Assembly (NCBI RefSeq): GCF_964355755.1
Contig: NC_092672.1
Coordinates: forward strand, 22,209,237 to 22,273,236
Direction of reading: 5' to 3'
From: Antedon mediterranea
Lineage: Eukaryota > Animalia > Echinodermata
Length of the DNA stretch: 64,000 nt
Shown here: positions 41,701-52,708 of the stretch, piece after piece
Position numbering within the stretch: the first letter of the stretch is position 1
Layout: each line of letters begins with the position of its first letter
The notes under the pieces: model-generated
What the model saw: only the letters and a program-made list of their open reading frames with translations
The model's database searches: none
Told to the model about the DNA's origin: nothing
Program-made: the position numbers and the translations under genes

Positions 41701-44700
41701 CAGTATTTTTTTTCTGTTCCATTGAAATATGTGATAATATACATAGTTATTTTATGCAAATAATAAAATGCAGTTAAATGTTTCTATTATGCAATTGGTT
41801 AAAGCATATACATCAATTTTAGAATAAACACCACACTAATTCGCAACATAACCTATTATATTTGCATAGATAAAATGTTTAGGCCAAAACTTTCAATGTA
41901 ACCTTCAAATGTTTATCTTCAGGCTACAATTAAAGTTAGAAAGGCTCTTGGCGAAACAATTACTACCACAGAATGTGAACCTTCTCCTTCTACATGTAAA
42001 CAGGTATGTTATGACTTTTTTCTTTCTTTTTTAATACTAAATACGATAAATTAATTTTAACAGGTTATTTCCACAATTAGTCACATGATTGGTTCTAGCA
42101 TAATAGCATAATAATTGCTACACAATTGCTATAACAGGAAATAGGCAACAAAGAATGTACCTTTAAAATCTTGCTGAGTTTAAACTTTACGACTGACCTA
42201 ACCAGCTGAAGCCCCATTCAGCGAATTGTAACGTATGGCCTCTCCACATTCCCGGATATGGCACTCTCATAAATATTTTTTGGGAGTGTGTAATGTTAAA
42301 TTAACTGAAATGAGAATATTTTAGGAATAATGGACATGTTATGGCCTAAATCGTACTCATTAAAAATATTCCAGCTTGTCGGCATAAATTGATATTTTTT
42401 ATAAACCTGCTCCCACCTCAGTGGCACCATGGTTAAGGCTGAGGTGTGTGAATTTTTTAGGAATCTGGAAATCTAAATATCTTGAAATGGCAATCTCACA
42501 GAACGTGTTTGGGGAGTGTACAACATTTTTTGTTAACCTACATCTCTCCACCTCGGCCCCAATCAAGATTACATTTTCAAATTTGACCCATGGAAAAATT
42601 TAAGGCAAGAGGGACTTCAATTCCTCCAACTCTAAATGCCCTCTGTATTTTCAAATTTTAATCTTGATTATTATTTGTTTGTGCATTATCCCTTTTTTAA
42701 AAATAAATGTTAAAATGATGAATAAGCTAGATGATGAAAAAAAAGATTAGTTGAAGATGTTTTGTATTTTTACAGGTTGTATCAACTATTGAGATGTCTT
42801 TTAAACATTCTAAAGATGGTGGTAGAAGGGGCATTAAATTCCATCGATGCATTCCCTGTGATTGTAGTAAGACATCTGAGAAGAAACATATGCAAATTCT
42901 TGGAGATTTCCAGTATGAGATGTTGCCATGTCATGGAAGTAACATGAATGTTAAACGATACAAGCAGCTATTTGGAAGTAAGTTAAGCCAAGATTGTATT
43001 ATAGATTTTGTTATTCACCAATTATCATAAGGAAAATATTTTTATATTTATAACCTGAGTGTATCTTTGCCATTTCATTATTGTAAAACATGTTGTTCAG
43101 TATTTAGCACTATAACAAACCTGAGTATATCCTTTCTATCTGACCACTAATTTTACAGACTTTCTGACCATTTTACTTAGTCCTAAACGCTTGAAATTTG
43201 TTACATACTGTTAAGAATATTTGTCCTAATAAAAATCTTAAGACCAGAAGTGCCATTTCAGACCTTTAAATTGACGCTACACATTTCTTTAAATGACTGT
43301 ATTAACATTGGTTCCAAAATCATAGCTTTATAGTCTTCACTTTTGTGTAAGTAACTTGTTCACAATAAAAATATTTCTATATGTACTGTATAACTAGGAT
43401 GGCCCAGTGTATCTATAAATAAGACACTCTTTTTAGTAATGCCTGCTCAAAATGTATTGAAATGTAGTGAAATTCTTGATTATAACTAATATCAATATTT
43501 CTTCTGCATAGAATCGGGTACATCAAATGTAGATAGACCAACTGCCGCAGCTCTGGTTACAAGCAAATTGTCAGGTTAGTTGATTGGTAACATTATATAG
43601 GATTAACAGAGCAACAGAGCAGAACAAAGACTAAACATGTAACACTTTATCAATACTGTATTCATGTACTGTACATGTAATAAGGATTATGGAAGAATTA
43701 TAAATTACTCCATGGGCTTATATATATATATATACAATGTGTGAACCCAGGGCCAGAGTACAATGTGTGAACCCAGAGCCAGAGTACAATGTGTGAACCC
43801 AGGGCCAGAGTACAATGTGTGAACCCAGAGCCAGAGTACAATGTGTGAACCCAGAGCCAGAGTACAATGTGTGAACCCAGAGCCAGAGTACAATGTGTGA
43901 ACCCAGAGCCAGAGTACAATGTGTGAACCCAGAGCCAGAGTACAATGTGTGAACCCAGAGCCAGAGTACAATGTGTGAACCCAGAGCCAGAGTACAATGT
44001 GTGAACCCAGAGCCAGAGTACAATGTGTGAACCCAGAGCCAGAGTACAATGTGTGAACCCAGAGCCAGAGTACAATGTGTGAACCCAGAGCCAGAGTACA
44101 ATGTGTGAACCCAGAGCCAGAGTACAATGTGTGAACCCAGAGCCAGAGTACAATGTGTGAAACCAGAGCCAGAGTACAATGTGTGAACCCAGAGCCAGAG
44201 TACAATGTGTGAACCCAGAGCCAGAGTACAATGTGTGAACCCAGAGCCAGAGTACAATGTGTGAACCCAGAGCCAGAGTACAATGTGTGAACCCAGAGCC
44301 AGAGAATGAAATGGAAAAGAATAAGGGCCAGTATTTTTCAAGATAAAAAGCTAATATTTAATAATTGAGGTTTCTCACTAATTAACAGTGACTTCCTCCA
44401 AATTGTTTACATGTTGCAGTTTAAGGTAATAACATGACGCTGTCCATCAATTTATTATTAACCACTATGATTTTTTATAAAGAATAACTATTCATTTGAA
44501 TTTAATTAGATTTTTGCAAATTGTTGCATGATGTAGGTGAATTAATTCACAAATATGCCTTCAGTGTATCATTTTGTCATGTCATGTCATTTTGGGTATG
44601 AATTACTGTATCTATAAAATCACATTTCAGTAATTTTAATTTTGTTGCTCAGTCAGAGTGTAGTCAGCGAGATAGTATAAAAAATGAGTTATTAATATAT

Positions 44701-45462
44701 TCATTCAAGTTCACCTTTTGGTTGTTTAATTATCTATATTAATTGCTTTACTAGCTTTACTTTAATCATTTTTCAGTCATCCTGTTGTTTGGTAGTATAA
44801 AAGAGTGTTCAAAATGTTGGTGCTGATCTTATTTCCAATCTGTTACATCAGCCTTCTTTTTATTGTGGGTTTTAAGTCCATGAAAAAAGATTTAGTAACA
44901 TAAATGTACACTGTTGTTTTTTATTTTAGGTGAACTATCTGACGATAACTATCGGGAACTGCTCAGCAAAGTGTCATCGTGGTTCAAGGAATCAGAGAAA
45001 GTCAATCTATTGAAAGTTATACTTTGCAAGTGTGAACATATTTCTGTTGTCGAAATAGAAAGAAGCAATGATCCATTTGAGCTGTTTAAGTTACTTGAAG
45101 GTCCTGGAATCATTAGCCAATCAAATATCGATGTTCTCATTGAAATCATTGCAATAGGAGGAATGGAGGGTGTGTATGAAAGCATCAAGCACTTGATACC
45201 AACCTTTGCTGGATTTGAGAAATTAATCATCTCTGAACGCTGGAATGATGTACGAAAGGTCATCAGATTTGGTCTTAATATAAGTAACGCAGATAAAGTA
45301 AAAATTGGACAGTTGCGTGGCCTGAAGGTTAAGGAATCGGATGATGTTTGGATTTTAATATTTAAGTTAGTAATGAAAGATACTTTCACTAAAAAGAGCA
45401 CAGAATTCGTTCGACTACTTAAGGACAATGACATGGATAGCCTTGCTACATTATTGGAATAG
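17668..45462 (+). CDS. Gene 1: multi-exon ROCO protein, ANK - death domain - Roc - COR - tandem DED-like (5' end not located)
   Basis: 23 GT-AG exons sum to 3414 nt with consistent phases and no internal stop; motifs GNTPLIEAA (ANK), death-domain exon, GQEGVGKT (G1), ITDGI (G2), WDHGGQ (G3), VVGTHK (G4), VENS (G5), IPLKW and LNFLYDLGDII...VVLDP, FVP (COR), DED-like terminal exon. Confidence 0.9.
18401..19949. mobile_element. TIR element with 4-bp TSD (Sola2-like), non-autonomous, intronic
   Basis: GGGTCATTCTTCAGTAAGTGTCTAA ... TTAGACACTTACTGAAGAAAGACCC; AGCC on both flanks; internal CATCTCCGTCAC motif repeats. Confidence 0.8.
22045..22164 (+). CDS. Gene 1 exon: degenerate ankyrin repeat
   Basis: tttctag|DGNTALRSCAMSDLTYDEHRNTMVFFIKAHGRGIISNKNK|gtaaac. 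Confidence 0.82.
22837..22933 (+). CDS. Gene 1 exon: ankyrin C-cap-like
   Basis: tgtcag|NGKSVIDLYITNVCGKYEDVESQKEEVMKLLK-G|gtttga; phase 0 to 1. Confidence 0.75.
23581..23616 (+). CDS. Gene 1 linker micro-exon (36 nt)
   Basis: ttcttttag|GGPLPEIYFTSS|gtatga; phase 1-1. Confidence 0.65.
23937..24188 (+). CDS. Gene 1 exon: death domain (phase 1-1)
   Basis: DITTKDILHVAYNMSNQFEELAECLGFKQEDIDSFQ...MYKMLNAWY...QLCRAVRIAGRHDLADEIE; typical DD pattern (LAxxLG, MLxxW, GRxDLA). Confidence 0.9.
24663..24828 (+). CDS. Gene 1 exon: Roc N-terminus with P-loop
   Basis: IPYAISARGKEVEKAYIEALKEGQVEVNLGMLKVIGQEGVGKTCLINACLGK|gtaagt; ends in phase 2. Missed by the ORF track. An in-frame acceptor 6 nt downstream is also possible. 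Confidence 0.9.
25069..25478. mobile_element. Harbinger-like MITE
   Basis: GGCCCATTTAAACTA ... TAGTGTAAATGGGCT imperfect TIRs; internal ~56-bp duplication. Confidence 0.5.
25932..26038 (+). CDS. Gene 1 exon: Roc switch I (G2)
   Basis: tttcag|FNKEHLITDGIAVIKTVETKAKEQNNWTEDLTDDS|gtaaaa; phase 2 to 1. Confidence 0.85.
26690..26802 (+). CDS. Gene 1 exon: Roc insert
   Basis: ttttcag|NPIELYRKLAEENISKTVEDNKEGVATASKPHSSTEK|gtatgt. Confidence 0.8.
26798..28474. repeat. 23-bp tandem repeat, ~73 copies, overlapping the splice donor
   Basis: Unit AAAAGGT(A/G)TGTACACACTATAAC; the first copy includes the exon end AAG|GTATGT. Confidence 0.97.
29472..29561 (+). CDS. Gene 1 exon: basic Roc insert (90 nt, phase 0-0)
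   Basis: tgccag|EKSRPSKRDRKYKGIQFPGINWGKKFFRQK|gtaagg. Confidence 0.78.
29664..29703 (+). CDS. Gene 1 micro-exon (40 nt)
   Basis: tttttag|FKTTTNSKTTTNS-G|gtaagt; internal 18-nt duplication. Confidence 0.7.
29809..29843 (+). CDS. Gene 1 micro-exon (35 nt)
   Basis: ttttag|EVNTGTPAKAKD|gtgagt; phase 1 to 0. Confidence 0.7.
30074..30103 (+). CDS. Gene 1 possible optional micro-exon (30 nt)
   Basis: attaag|IQPLIATALS|gtaatt; frame-neutral, weak splice sites. Confidence 0.3.
30240..30264 (+). CDS. Gene 1 micro-exon (25 nt)
   Basis: catcag|VSKKSTAE-G|gtaagt; needed to restore phase 1 for the next exon. Confidence 0.7.
30988..31139 (+). CDS. Gene 1 exon: Roc G3
   Basis: ...SPLKTFNIWDHGGQLIYQGIHQ|gtaagt; matches the Roc WDFxGQxxYxxxH motif. 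Confidence 0.9.
31673..31762 (+). CDS. Gene 1 exon: Roc (90 nt)
   Basis: tgcag|IFLTSEAVYVAVFDLSKDLDDPAIVIDPNG|gtaagt. Confidence 0.9.
31976..32155 (+). CDS. Gene 1 exon: Roc G4
   Basis: QQRKHHWTNRQFLLSSILSIYSHS...LPAILVVGTHKASLGETEEKQNEE|gttagt. Confidence 0.9.
32584..32826 (+). CDS. Gene 1 exon: Roc G5 / start of COR
   Basis: AEVVLQKVKDSLKGKPYEKHVLGYYAVENS...IPLKWMRFRCEM...SAEE|gtaaat. Confidence 0.9.
32880..34500 (+). mobile_element. Decayed LINE (Rex1/Babar-like endonuclease-RT), intronic
   Basis: Frameshifted pieces ILVLGDVN, NKPWMS, GPDGISNKVL, MKCLERII, FAYKPNIGVDDAV, FIDFSSAFN, GAPQG; 3' AATAAAGTTATCTTGGATCTTG tail. Confidence 0.85.
35049..35246 (+). CDS. Gene 1 exon: COR
   Basis: VKEMARQNGIGDESQQLIMLNFLYDLGDIIYLPDNELLRNQVVLDPMSLVQFV...EFK|gtaagt. 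Confidence 0.92.
35800..35994 (+). CDS. Gene 1 exon: COR
   Basis: KPRYLEAFRNLNEGILDEMLLKKLWKK...FLVDLMIRFGFICE...STSI|gtaggt. Confidence 0.9.
36233..39907 (+). mobile_element. Academ-like DNA transposon with decayed transposase remnants, intronic
   Basis: TAGTCCAGTCAATCTAATGATAT..ACCCACCACAAATTGCAATAGTAAC and its reverse complement ending TGGACTA; 3-bp TSD ACT; long imperfect TIRs; broken coding-like sequence 36.6-38.0 kb (GLVRLYNG, LHTDLKPESEYLLEAFR..CGECNG). Confidence 0.82.
38330..38878 (-). mobile_element. LINE RT fragment (Rex1/Babar-like) nested in the Academ-like element
   Basis: SQGCVFSPLLYIIYTDYCR...KFVDDTVLLSLL...YLELNVTKTKEIIVDFRK. Confidence 0.88.
41379..41675 (+). CDS. Gene 1 exon: C-terminal COR
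   Basis: ttgcag|ERSFFVPLRL...GHLPDILFPYLVIDFI...KFLLK|gtaact. Confidence 0.9.
41923..42003 (+). CDS. Gene 1 exon
   Basis: cttcag|ATIKVRKALGETITTTECEPSPSTCKQ|gtatgt. Confidence 0.85.
42776..42977 (+). CDS. Gene 1 exon: Cys/His-containing end of COR
   Basis: ttacag|VVSTIEMSFKHSKDGGRRGIKFHRCIPCDCSKTSEKKHMQ...LPCHG...LFG|gtaagt. Confidence 0.85.
43512..43574 (+). CDS. Gene 1 linker exon (63 nt, phase 1-1)
   Basis: gcatag|SGTSNVDRPTAAALVTSKLS|gttagt. Confidence 0.72.
43733..44304. repeat. 26-bp tandem repeat, 22 copies
   Basis: Unit TACAATGTGTGAACCCAGAGCCAGAG, preceded by a (TA)n tract. Confidence 0.97.
44930..45462 (+). CDS. Gene 1 terminal exon: tandem death-effector-domain-like
   Basis: YRELLSKVSSWF..LLKVILC..FELFKLLE..IISQSNIDVLIEII fits the DED pattern; a second degenerate unit follows; TAG ends at 45462. 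Confidence 0.82.
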
Positions 45463-46962
45463 ATAAAATACAAGATAACAATACATAACATGTGACAACA
45501 TAACACTGAATTAACATTCTACTACTTAAGGACAATGACATGGATAGCCTTGCTACATTATTGGAATAGATAAAATACAAGATAACAATACATAACATGT
45601 GACAACATAACACTGAATTAACATTCTACTACTTAAAGACAATGACATGGATAGCCTTGCTACATTATTGGTATAGATAGAATACAAGATAACAATATAT
45701 AACATGTGACAACATAACACTGAATTAACATTCTACTACTTAAAGACAATGACATGGATAGCCTTGCTACATTATTGGTATAGATAGAATACAAGATAAC
45801 AATATATAACATGTGACAACATAACACTGAATTAACATTCTACTACTTAAAGACAATGACATGGATAGCCTTGCTACATTATTGGAATAGATAAAATACA
45901 AGATAACAATATATAACATGTGACCACATAACACTGAATTAACATTCTACTACTTAAGGACAATGACATGGATAGCCTTGCTACATTATTGGAATAGATA
46001 GAATACAAGATAACAATACATAACATGTGACAACATAACACTGAATTAACATTCTACTACTTAAGGGCAATGACATGGATAGCCTTGCTACATTATTGGA
46101 ATAGATAGAATACAAGATAACAATACATAACATGTGACAACATAACACTGAATTAACATTCTACTACTTAAGGACAATGACATGGATAGCCTTGCTACAT
46201 TATTGGAATAGATAGAATACCAGATAACAATACATAACATGTGACAACATAACACTGAATTAACATTCTACTACTTAAGGACAATGACATGGATAGCCTT
46301 GCTACATTATTGGAATAGATAAAATACAAGATAACAATATATAACATGTGACAACATAACACTGAATTAACATTCTACTACTTAAGGACAATGACATGGA
46401 TAGCCTTGCTACATTATTGGAATAGATAGAATACAAGATAACAATACATAACATGTGACAACATAACACTGAATTAACATTCTACTACTTAAGGACAATG
46501 ACATGGATAGCCTTGCTACATTATTGGAATAGATAGAATACAAGATAACAATACATAACATGTGACAACATAACACTGAATTAACATTCTACTACTTAAG
46601 GACAATGACATGGATAGCCTTGCTACATTATTGGAATAGATAAAATACAAGATAACAATATATAACATGTGACAACATAACACTGAATTAACATTCTACT
46701 ACTTAAAGACAATGACATGGATAGCCTTGCTACATTATTGGAATAGATAGAATACAAGATAACAATACATAACATGTGACAACATAACACTGAATTAACA
46801 TTCTACTACTTAAAGACAATGACATGGATAGCCTTGCTACATTATTGGAATAGATAGAATACAAGATAACAATACATAACATGTGACAACATAACACTTA
46901 ATTAACATTCTACTACTTAAGGACAATGACATGGATAGCCTTTCTATGTTTTGAAATAGATA
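45414..46962. repeat. 107-bp tandem repeat, ~14.5 copies, containing the last codons and stop of gene 1
   Basis: AAGGACAATGACATGG at 45421, 45528 ... 46919 (14 x 107); the unit includes LLKDNDMDSLATLLE* plus 3' flank. Confidence 0.97.
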
Positions 46963-49125
46963 AAAAAAGTTTTATTAAATACAGTCAACTCATCCAAAAC
47001 CATACCTTTAATGTCCCATTTTTTACCATTATTCAGAATACCAGACATATTAGCTCAGCCTAAGGCTGTCCTGTTTTGAAGAGTTGACTGTATTATTAAA
47101 TTATCTATCGGTTATTGTAATAATTTTTCAAACACAAGACAAATATTTAATCTTGGAAAAATTCATACAGTAGTGATTCCGATTTAAAATCTCTTGATGG
47201 TCAATACAACTTCTCTGTCCTTAAGGAGTATACAGACAGCTGAAGTTTAAAGATGAAATGTAGCTTACCGTCACAAGTCTAACCTTTTTTTGCAAACCAT
47301 ATCTCTCTGTATTTGTAGCCTCTTTATCTACCCACTTGACTAGACTCATTAATGTACAATATATAGCATCTGATGGATCATGTAGATAAAGATTTGTACA
47401 TTATATTATATACATTATGAAATAAAATGTGAATAAGATGATTTATTTTTGTATATAGACAATTGTAAAAATGAACACATTTAATATTGTGTGTTTGTAT
47501 GATGTGGGATTTTTAGGTGGAAGTGTGTTAACAGATATCAATAGTGATAATAGCAATAATAATGCACAGTTACAATACTGATAACAATTTAGTCACTCAT
47601 ATAAACAAATAAAATATATAAATATTATTATATAATTTACTTATATAATGAGGACATATTTACCTAAAGAGGGTGAGTGCTGGCTGTGTACAGGCTGATA
47701 GTCATTAAATTGTTTACACAACTTTTACCTGCTGCCACAATATTAGGTTAATTACATTTGGTATTTTAAGATGGAAATTATCTGCAATTTTGAGGCAATT
47801 TTTATGAAGTTTAAAAATCCAATAAATTGAAAGCAGAATACCAATCTAATATAATAGTTTTTGTAAAGGTTTTTTTCTGTAGGTAGGTTATGCAAACATT
47901 ATGAATTATTCATCATGTGTAGTGCATCAGCTATGTTTGTTATAATGAATTGCTATGTTTCAAAGAAATTATCAGAAAATCACTATATTAATTTATTTTG
48001 TGCATTATGAGAAATGCAGTTTATGGCTCAGCAATTGATGCAAACTAGGGGATTTAATGTACAGTATTACCAGTCTGTGGTACAAGGGTTGTTGTTATTG
48101 TAATTATTAGGTCCATTATTGACAGTCCATTGGGGGAAACAACAAAAGCTGAGCGCCGCCATAAGTAATGATGTATACAACTTTTTGTGACGGTTACACT
48201 AATCTAAGCCTGTACCACCGGTAGTATTTTCATGATAAAAAATGTTATCAACTACATGCCAACATTATGTTAAATGCTGTTTGGATATTTAATTGTTCGT
48301 TTCATGCAATTTATGTAGTAAAAACTGCCGAATAAACAGTTCGCTTCATCAACCGGGCGTGAATTGGTGTTTACGCGTTTTCACGAAGGATAGTTTAATA
48401 ATATTTCTATATTTAAATTGTTTCTGGTATAACAAATAAATGTTAATGAAATTTAACATTGTATCCTATTAATAACATGTATTTTATACTAATTTATATC
48501 TTAAAAACAATACTTAATTTACCGGGCGTAGATTGGTAAAGAATAGGCCGTGCTGAGTAACGCTTCGTTGATTTGTGGTGTTGCTGTTAAGTTAGGATTT
48601 TTTGTGAACTAATTTAGTATAGTAGTAAATAATTTTCTGTAGAAGTGAATGTACACTACTTTGGTATTATATATGCATTATAAAATGTTTTACAATTGCA
48701 AAATATATTATCATAATTCTATTTAATCATAATGTGACATGTAGGCCTATAATATCTATTAAATCAAGTCTTATTTAGTCTGTATACATTCGCATCCCAT
48801 CTGAGGGCGGCGGGCATCACTCTCTGTTACAAATTTATCATGCAAAAATCGCGGAATACTCATTCTTGTGATATATATTCTTTGTTCTTACTAAAATCTC
48901 ATTAATCTCAAATCAACTGATGGTCGCCGACGTTGACATTCCGAACAGAATACCTCCGACTCGTTTCGTTGATATGTTGAAGGAACAGACAATAAACTAT
49001 TGGACAAAGCTAGCTACCTCGATTACACAAAACAGTCAACTGGTCAACAGTCAGTATTTTTACAGATTTAAAAAACAAAGCTTGTGCGTGGATAAAGCAA
49101 AAGAACGATTCACGTGACGAGTAAA

Positions 49126-49635
49126 GGATCACAAAGGATGATTTGATGTTACTTTCGTTCTATAGATCCGTTATATGTAGTGTTTGGACGTATTGCCTCT
49201 CCTGTTGGCTGGTAATGTTAGCAGAGGGAATAAAGGACGCCTTGAAACTTTCATCCGTCGGGCTGGTAAAATGATTGGTCTGGAGCTGCCTTCCTTTACC
49301 GATGTGCACCTAGAACACCTCCAGAAAGATTTCGAGCGCATTGAGTCGGATGCCTCTCATCCTCTCCACAAAGTGATCATAGACCAACTTAATCCAAGTG
49401 GAGATTGAGGCTCCTCAGTGTGAAAACAAATCGATTTGCTAAATCCTTTATTCCCTCCGGTATCATCCAGTACAACAGGAAGTCAAGAAGATAATTTTAT
49501 ATTGTAATTTTTTAGATGTTTTTATATGAATGGTTTTATGCTATATTTGTTTTTATAGTGTTTTCTTTGTTATTATGACGAGCAATGAATTTCCTTTTTG
49601 AGGATCAATAAAAGTTATCTTATCTTATCTTATCT
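49126..49635 (+). mobile_element. 5'-truncated LINE (Rex1/Babar-like) 3' end
   Basis: AGNVSRGNKGRLETFIRRAGKMIG...DASHPLH...KTNRFAKSFIPSGIIQYN; tail AATAAAAG(TTATC)n. Confidence 0.85.
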
Positions 49636-50224
49636 TTTTCTTTACGACGTACTAGACGGAGTAGCACGACGCATCATTGGCGGTTACAGCCATGCAACCA
49701 GTGCTTGGCAATCTATTGCTCCAACCAAATTGAACAGGTTCGTACAATTTGAAAACGCAGATCCGTTCCTTCGCCATATATCATAGAAGCGTCTATACAA
49801 AGTGGATTTTTAAAAACATTTTCATCACGTCTGCATGTCTCGTATAGTTTATGATGTGACAAGATAATGGTTTTCTTGGTTATTAGAACCGATTGTGACG
49901 CATGGAAACAACAAAACTGTTGAAACAACCCTTTCACTACTGTACCTTTGCGAAATGTGAATCGGAATTGGGTCCGTGTACGTTGACGGTGTATGGCCGT
50001 TTTCTATCATATCACGACGCATGCATCAGAGAAAACGAAAAATAGGCGTGCATTAAATCATTGAAGACGGTACTCATTGTGACGTGTTGTGATGAATGCG
50101 ATCGATGGGACGGTATGATTTATTTTTGCAAAGGTTAGATCAACGTGTTGGTATAATGTGGTTCGGTTAAATCGTGGTACAGTACATGCTTTACAGATCG
50201 TAGTACCAAAGTACTTAATAACAA

Positions 50225-51370
50225 TTGTTGGACCGTTGGGTTTTATATTATATACATATCCTATTTGTGATATCATTCGTAATCATAACGTCTTTTCTCA
50301 TGAATATGCCGATGATATACAGACCCAAAAATTGTTAATGATTATCAAAATGCACTTAAACATTTGACTTCCTGCATATCCAAAATTAATGAATGGATGA
50401 TTAGTAGGCTAATATGTTACAGTTAAATCAGGAGAAAACTGAGTTCTTTTGTTTTGCAAGTAATCAAGTCGCGCTACCAGATCTTGAATTAAAATTAGAT
50501 AACAATATTATTATTCGTCCTTCAAAATGTATTAAAAACTCTAGGTGTGATGTTTGATAGCTCTTTGAATATGTCCTCTCAAGTAAATGCTTTATGCAAG
50601 TCATTGAATTACCAACTCCGTAATTTGTCGCGCATACGTAAATATATTACTAAAGCTTGGTTTTCACTAGCGACGCAATCTACGCAACGTAAGAAAATGC
50701 CCTTCCAATCACTGTGTTTGCCCCCGCCTGCGTGAAATCAAACATACGATGTTTGCAGCGCTATTTCGTCGTCGGTTCCCACTTATGATTACGCAATACA
50801 GCACATTGCGTCGATAGTCTATGCGTTGCGTTCTAGAATCCTTTCCCGCCTTGACTATGCTAACTCGCTCTTGCTTGGTGCTCACGCCCGTGCCCGCGAA
50901 GTTGATTTTAAACGATTACAGCGATTGCAGAAACAAGGCTGTGTTTGCGTGTGGACGGTATCAGCCTTCGGATGGTTTATATTGAAATATATCGATTGGC
51001 TTCATATAAAAAAAAGAATTGTGTACAAAATTATTGTTTTTGTTCATAAATGTATTTACTCTGTTTCCTTTATACCTTTTTTTATTTAACCGTGATCCGC
51101 TTTCATTTAATTTCGACTTCTCTCCTCTAATTGATCCCACCCGACTTTTCGTTGCACGATCTAATCGGAAAGCTGGGGACAATACTTTTTCTGTCACCTC
51201 TCCGCGGATCTGAAACGTAACGCGCTTCCTGTCGATTTAAGAGGAGCGAATTCGGCAACTCTATTTAAACATCAAAAACTTTTCTTTAATTAATAATAGG
51301 CCTACCAGTGTTGTTAGGCGCTCTGTTCATTGTAGAGGGCGCCTATACGAACTTATAGAATAGAATATAA
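50225..51370 (+). mobile_element. Decayed L2/CR1-type LINE, interrupted at ~50652-50835 by a short insertion
   Basis: GPLGFILYTYP..HEYADDIQ, LNQEKTEF, GVMFDSSLNMSSQV, ILSRLDYANSLLLG, WLHIKKRIVYKI, GDNTFSVTSPRI; short-repeat 3' tail. Confidence 0.85.
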
Positions 51371-52084
51371 ATAAATATTCTTTAGAAACGTGTAACTTAA
51401 ACACATCTGATATCAATGATCAGTGGCCTCACTCTTGTACCTGACAATGATGGATGCAGCCTGTTTGGTTCTCATTGCTTTTTCTCAGTGGGTGAAAACG
51501 TAGGAAGGTGCGTTCCCACTCTGTTTGGTTATCCAGAAACAATTCCCGTATCGGATGAGTGCTTTCAACGATGTAATGTAGACGCGGCAGTATGTGAGCC
51601 TATGTCGGTAGAAATCTTGTCGTATGCGACATGATTTGATTATCATATACAGATGTGTGCCTGTTATCGTATGTTTGTGATACATCGTATTCTTATTTTG
51701 TTTTCTAAATAAAACTTTCTAGCCAAAAAAGAAAAAATATTTGTCGTATGCAGATATGTGTCTCTTATCGTATGTTTACAATGTTTCAATATTTCTGTAA
51801 TAACAAACTAAAAATCGTATTTAAATTTTTTAAATTATTTGTTTGTTTTTTTTATTTCTTACGAAGATGGGGATGATGTTAAATTGAAATTCATGAAAGC
51901 GCCTTGATTGATGCAAGCATGCAAATGTATTAGACATCTGTCATAATAATATTATTGACAATGGTGCGTGCAATACTGTTCTTGATAATGAAACAAACAT
52001 TAAATTAACATAGCTAAACTATGAACACATCGATGGTCTTTCTCGTTATGCCTGGGGAAGCGATATGGAAACGGTAGTAAAACA

Positions 52085-52708
52085 GTGTTAGAACATTGCT
52101 CCCAAACAGGAATAATGTTGCTAAGATACGAAAAGAAAAAACAGAAAACTCAAAGCATAGAATACTTTGAAGAGATTTGCAAAAGAGTTGTGTTGACCAG
52201 AGGCTATGAATTGCATAGAGCCAGGCACTCATCGTTTTACGAATATTTATCGTATACATCTGTATACGATAATCAAATCAATGGCACGTTGTTCCCAGAG
52301 CAGATTTACGGATTTCGAAAATTATTGAGTTTCATGCATCAAACTATAGCACAGCCAGAAGATTTGTTGAGAAAACCAATATTGAAACTGAAAAGGACCA
52401 CTTGGCAGTGCATCAAGAGCGTAGACTTTAAGGTTGATTTTGGCGAATTTATAGAAAACGCAAACATCGACGTCATATTAACCATGTATCATAACGTACT
52501 GGGTGGTATTAAACGTGAAATGAATAGAAAAGACAGTTTCCTACCAAACACTCTGTTCGATGTCATAGAGAACATTAATGTGCCACAGGGACTCTTGTGT
52601 CTTCCAAGGTCTTTTATAGCAGCCACACAGATGGCTATGCAAAAGGAATATAAATCTACCATGAAGAAATTACATCCCCACGTGACACCGGAGCTCATAC
52701 AAGAATAG
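52085..52708 (+). other. Intronless 207-codon ORF of unknown family within a decayed coding-like island
   Basis: Long non-repetitive open frame in AT-rich DNA; no motif recognised; adjacent broken coding-like segments. Confidence 0.4.

Noticed and set aside
43698-44341. Three overlapping 177-207 aa minus-strand ORFs
   Set aside because: Translation of the 26-bp tandem repeat cycling through frames.
17668-45462. Calling gene 1 DAPK1, LRRK1/2 or MFHAS1
   Set aside because: No kinase, LRR or WD40 exons seen and the domain order differs; no symbol assigned.
44949-45506. 185-aa minus-strand ORF
   Set aside because: Antisense shadow of the DED-like terminal exon.
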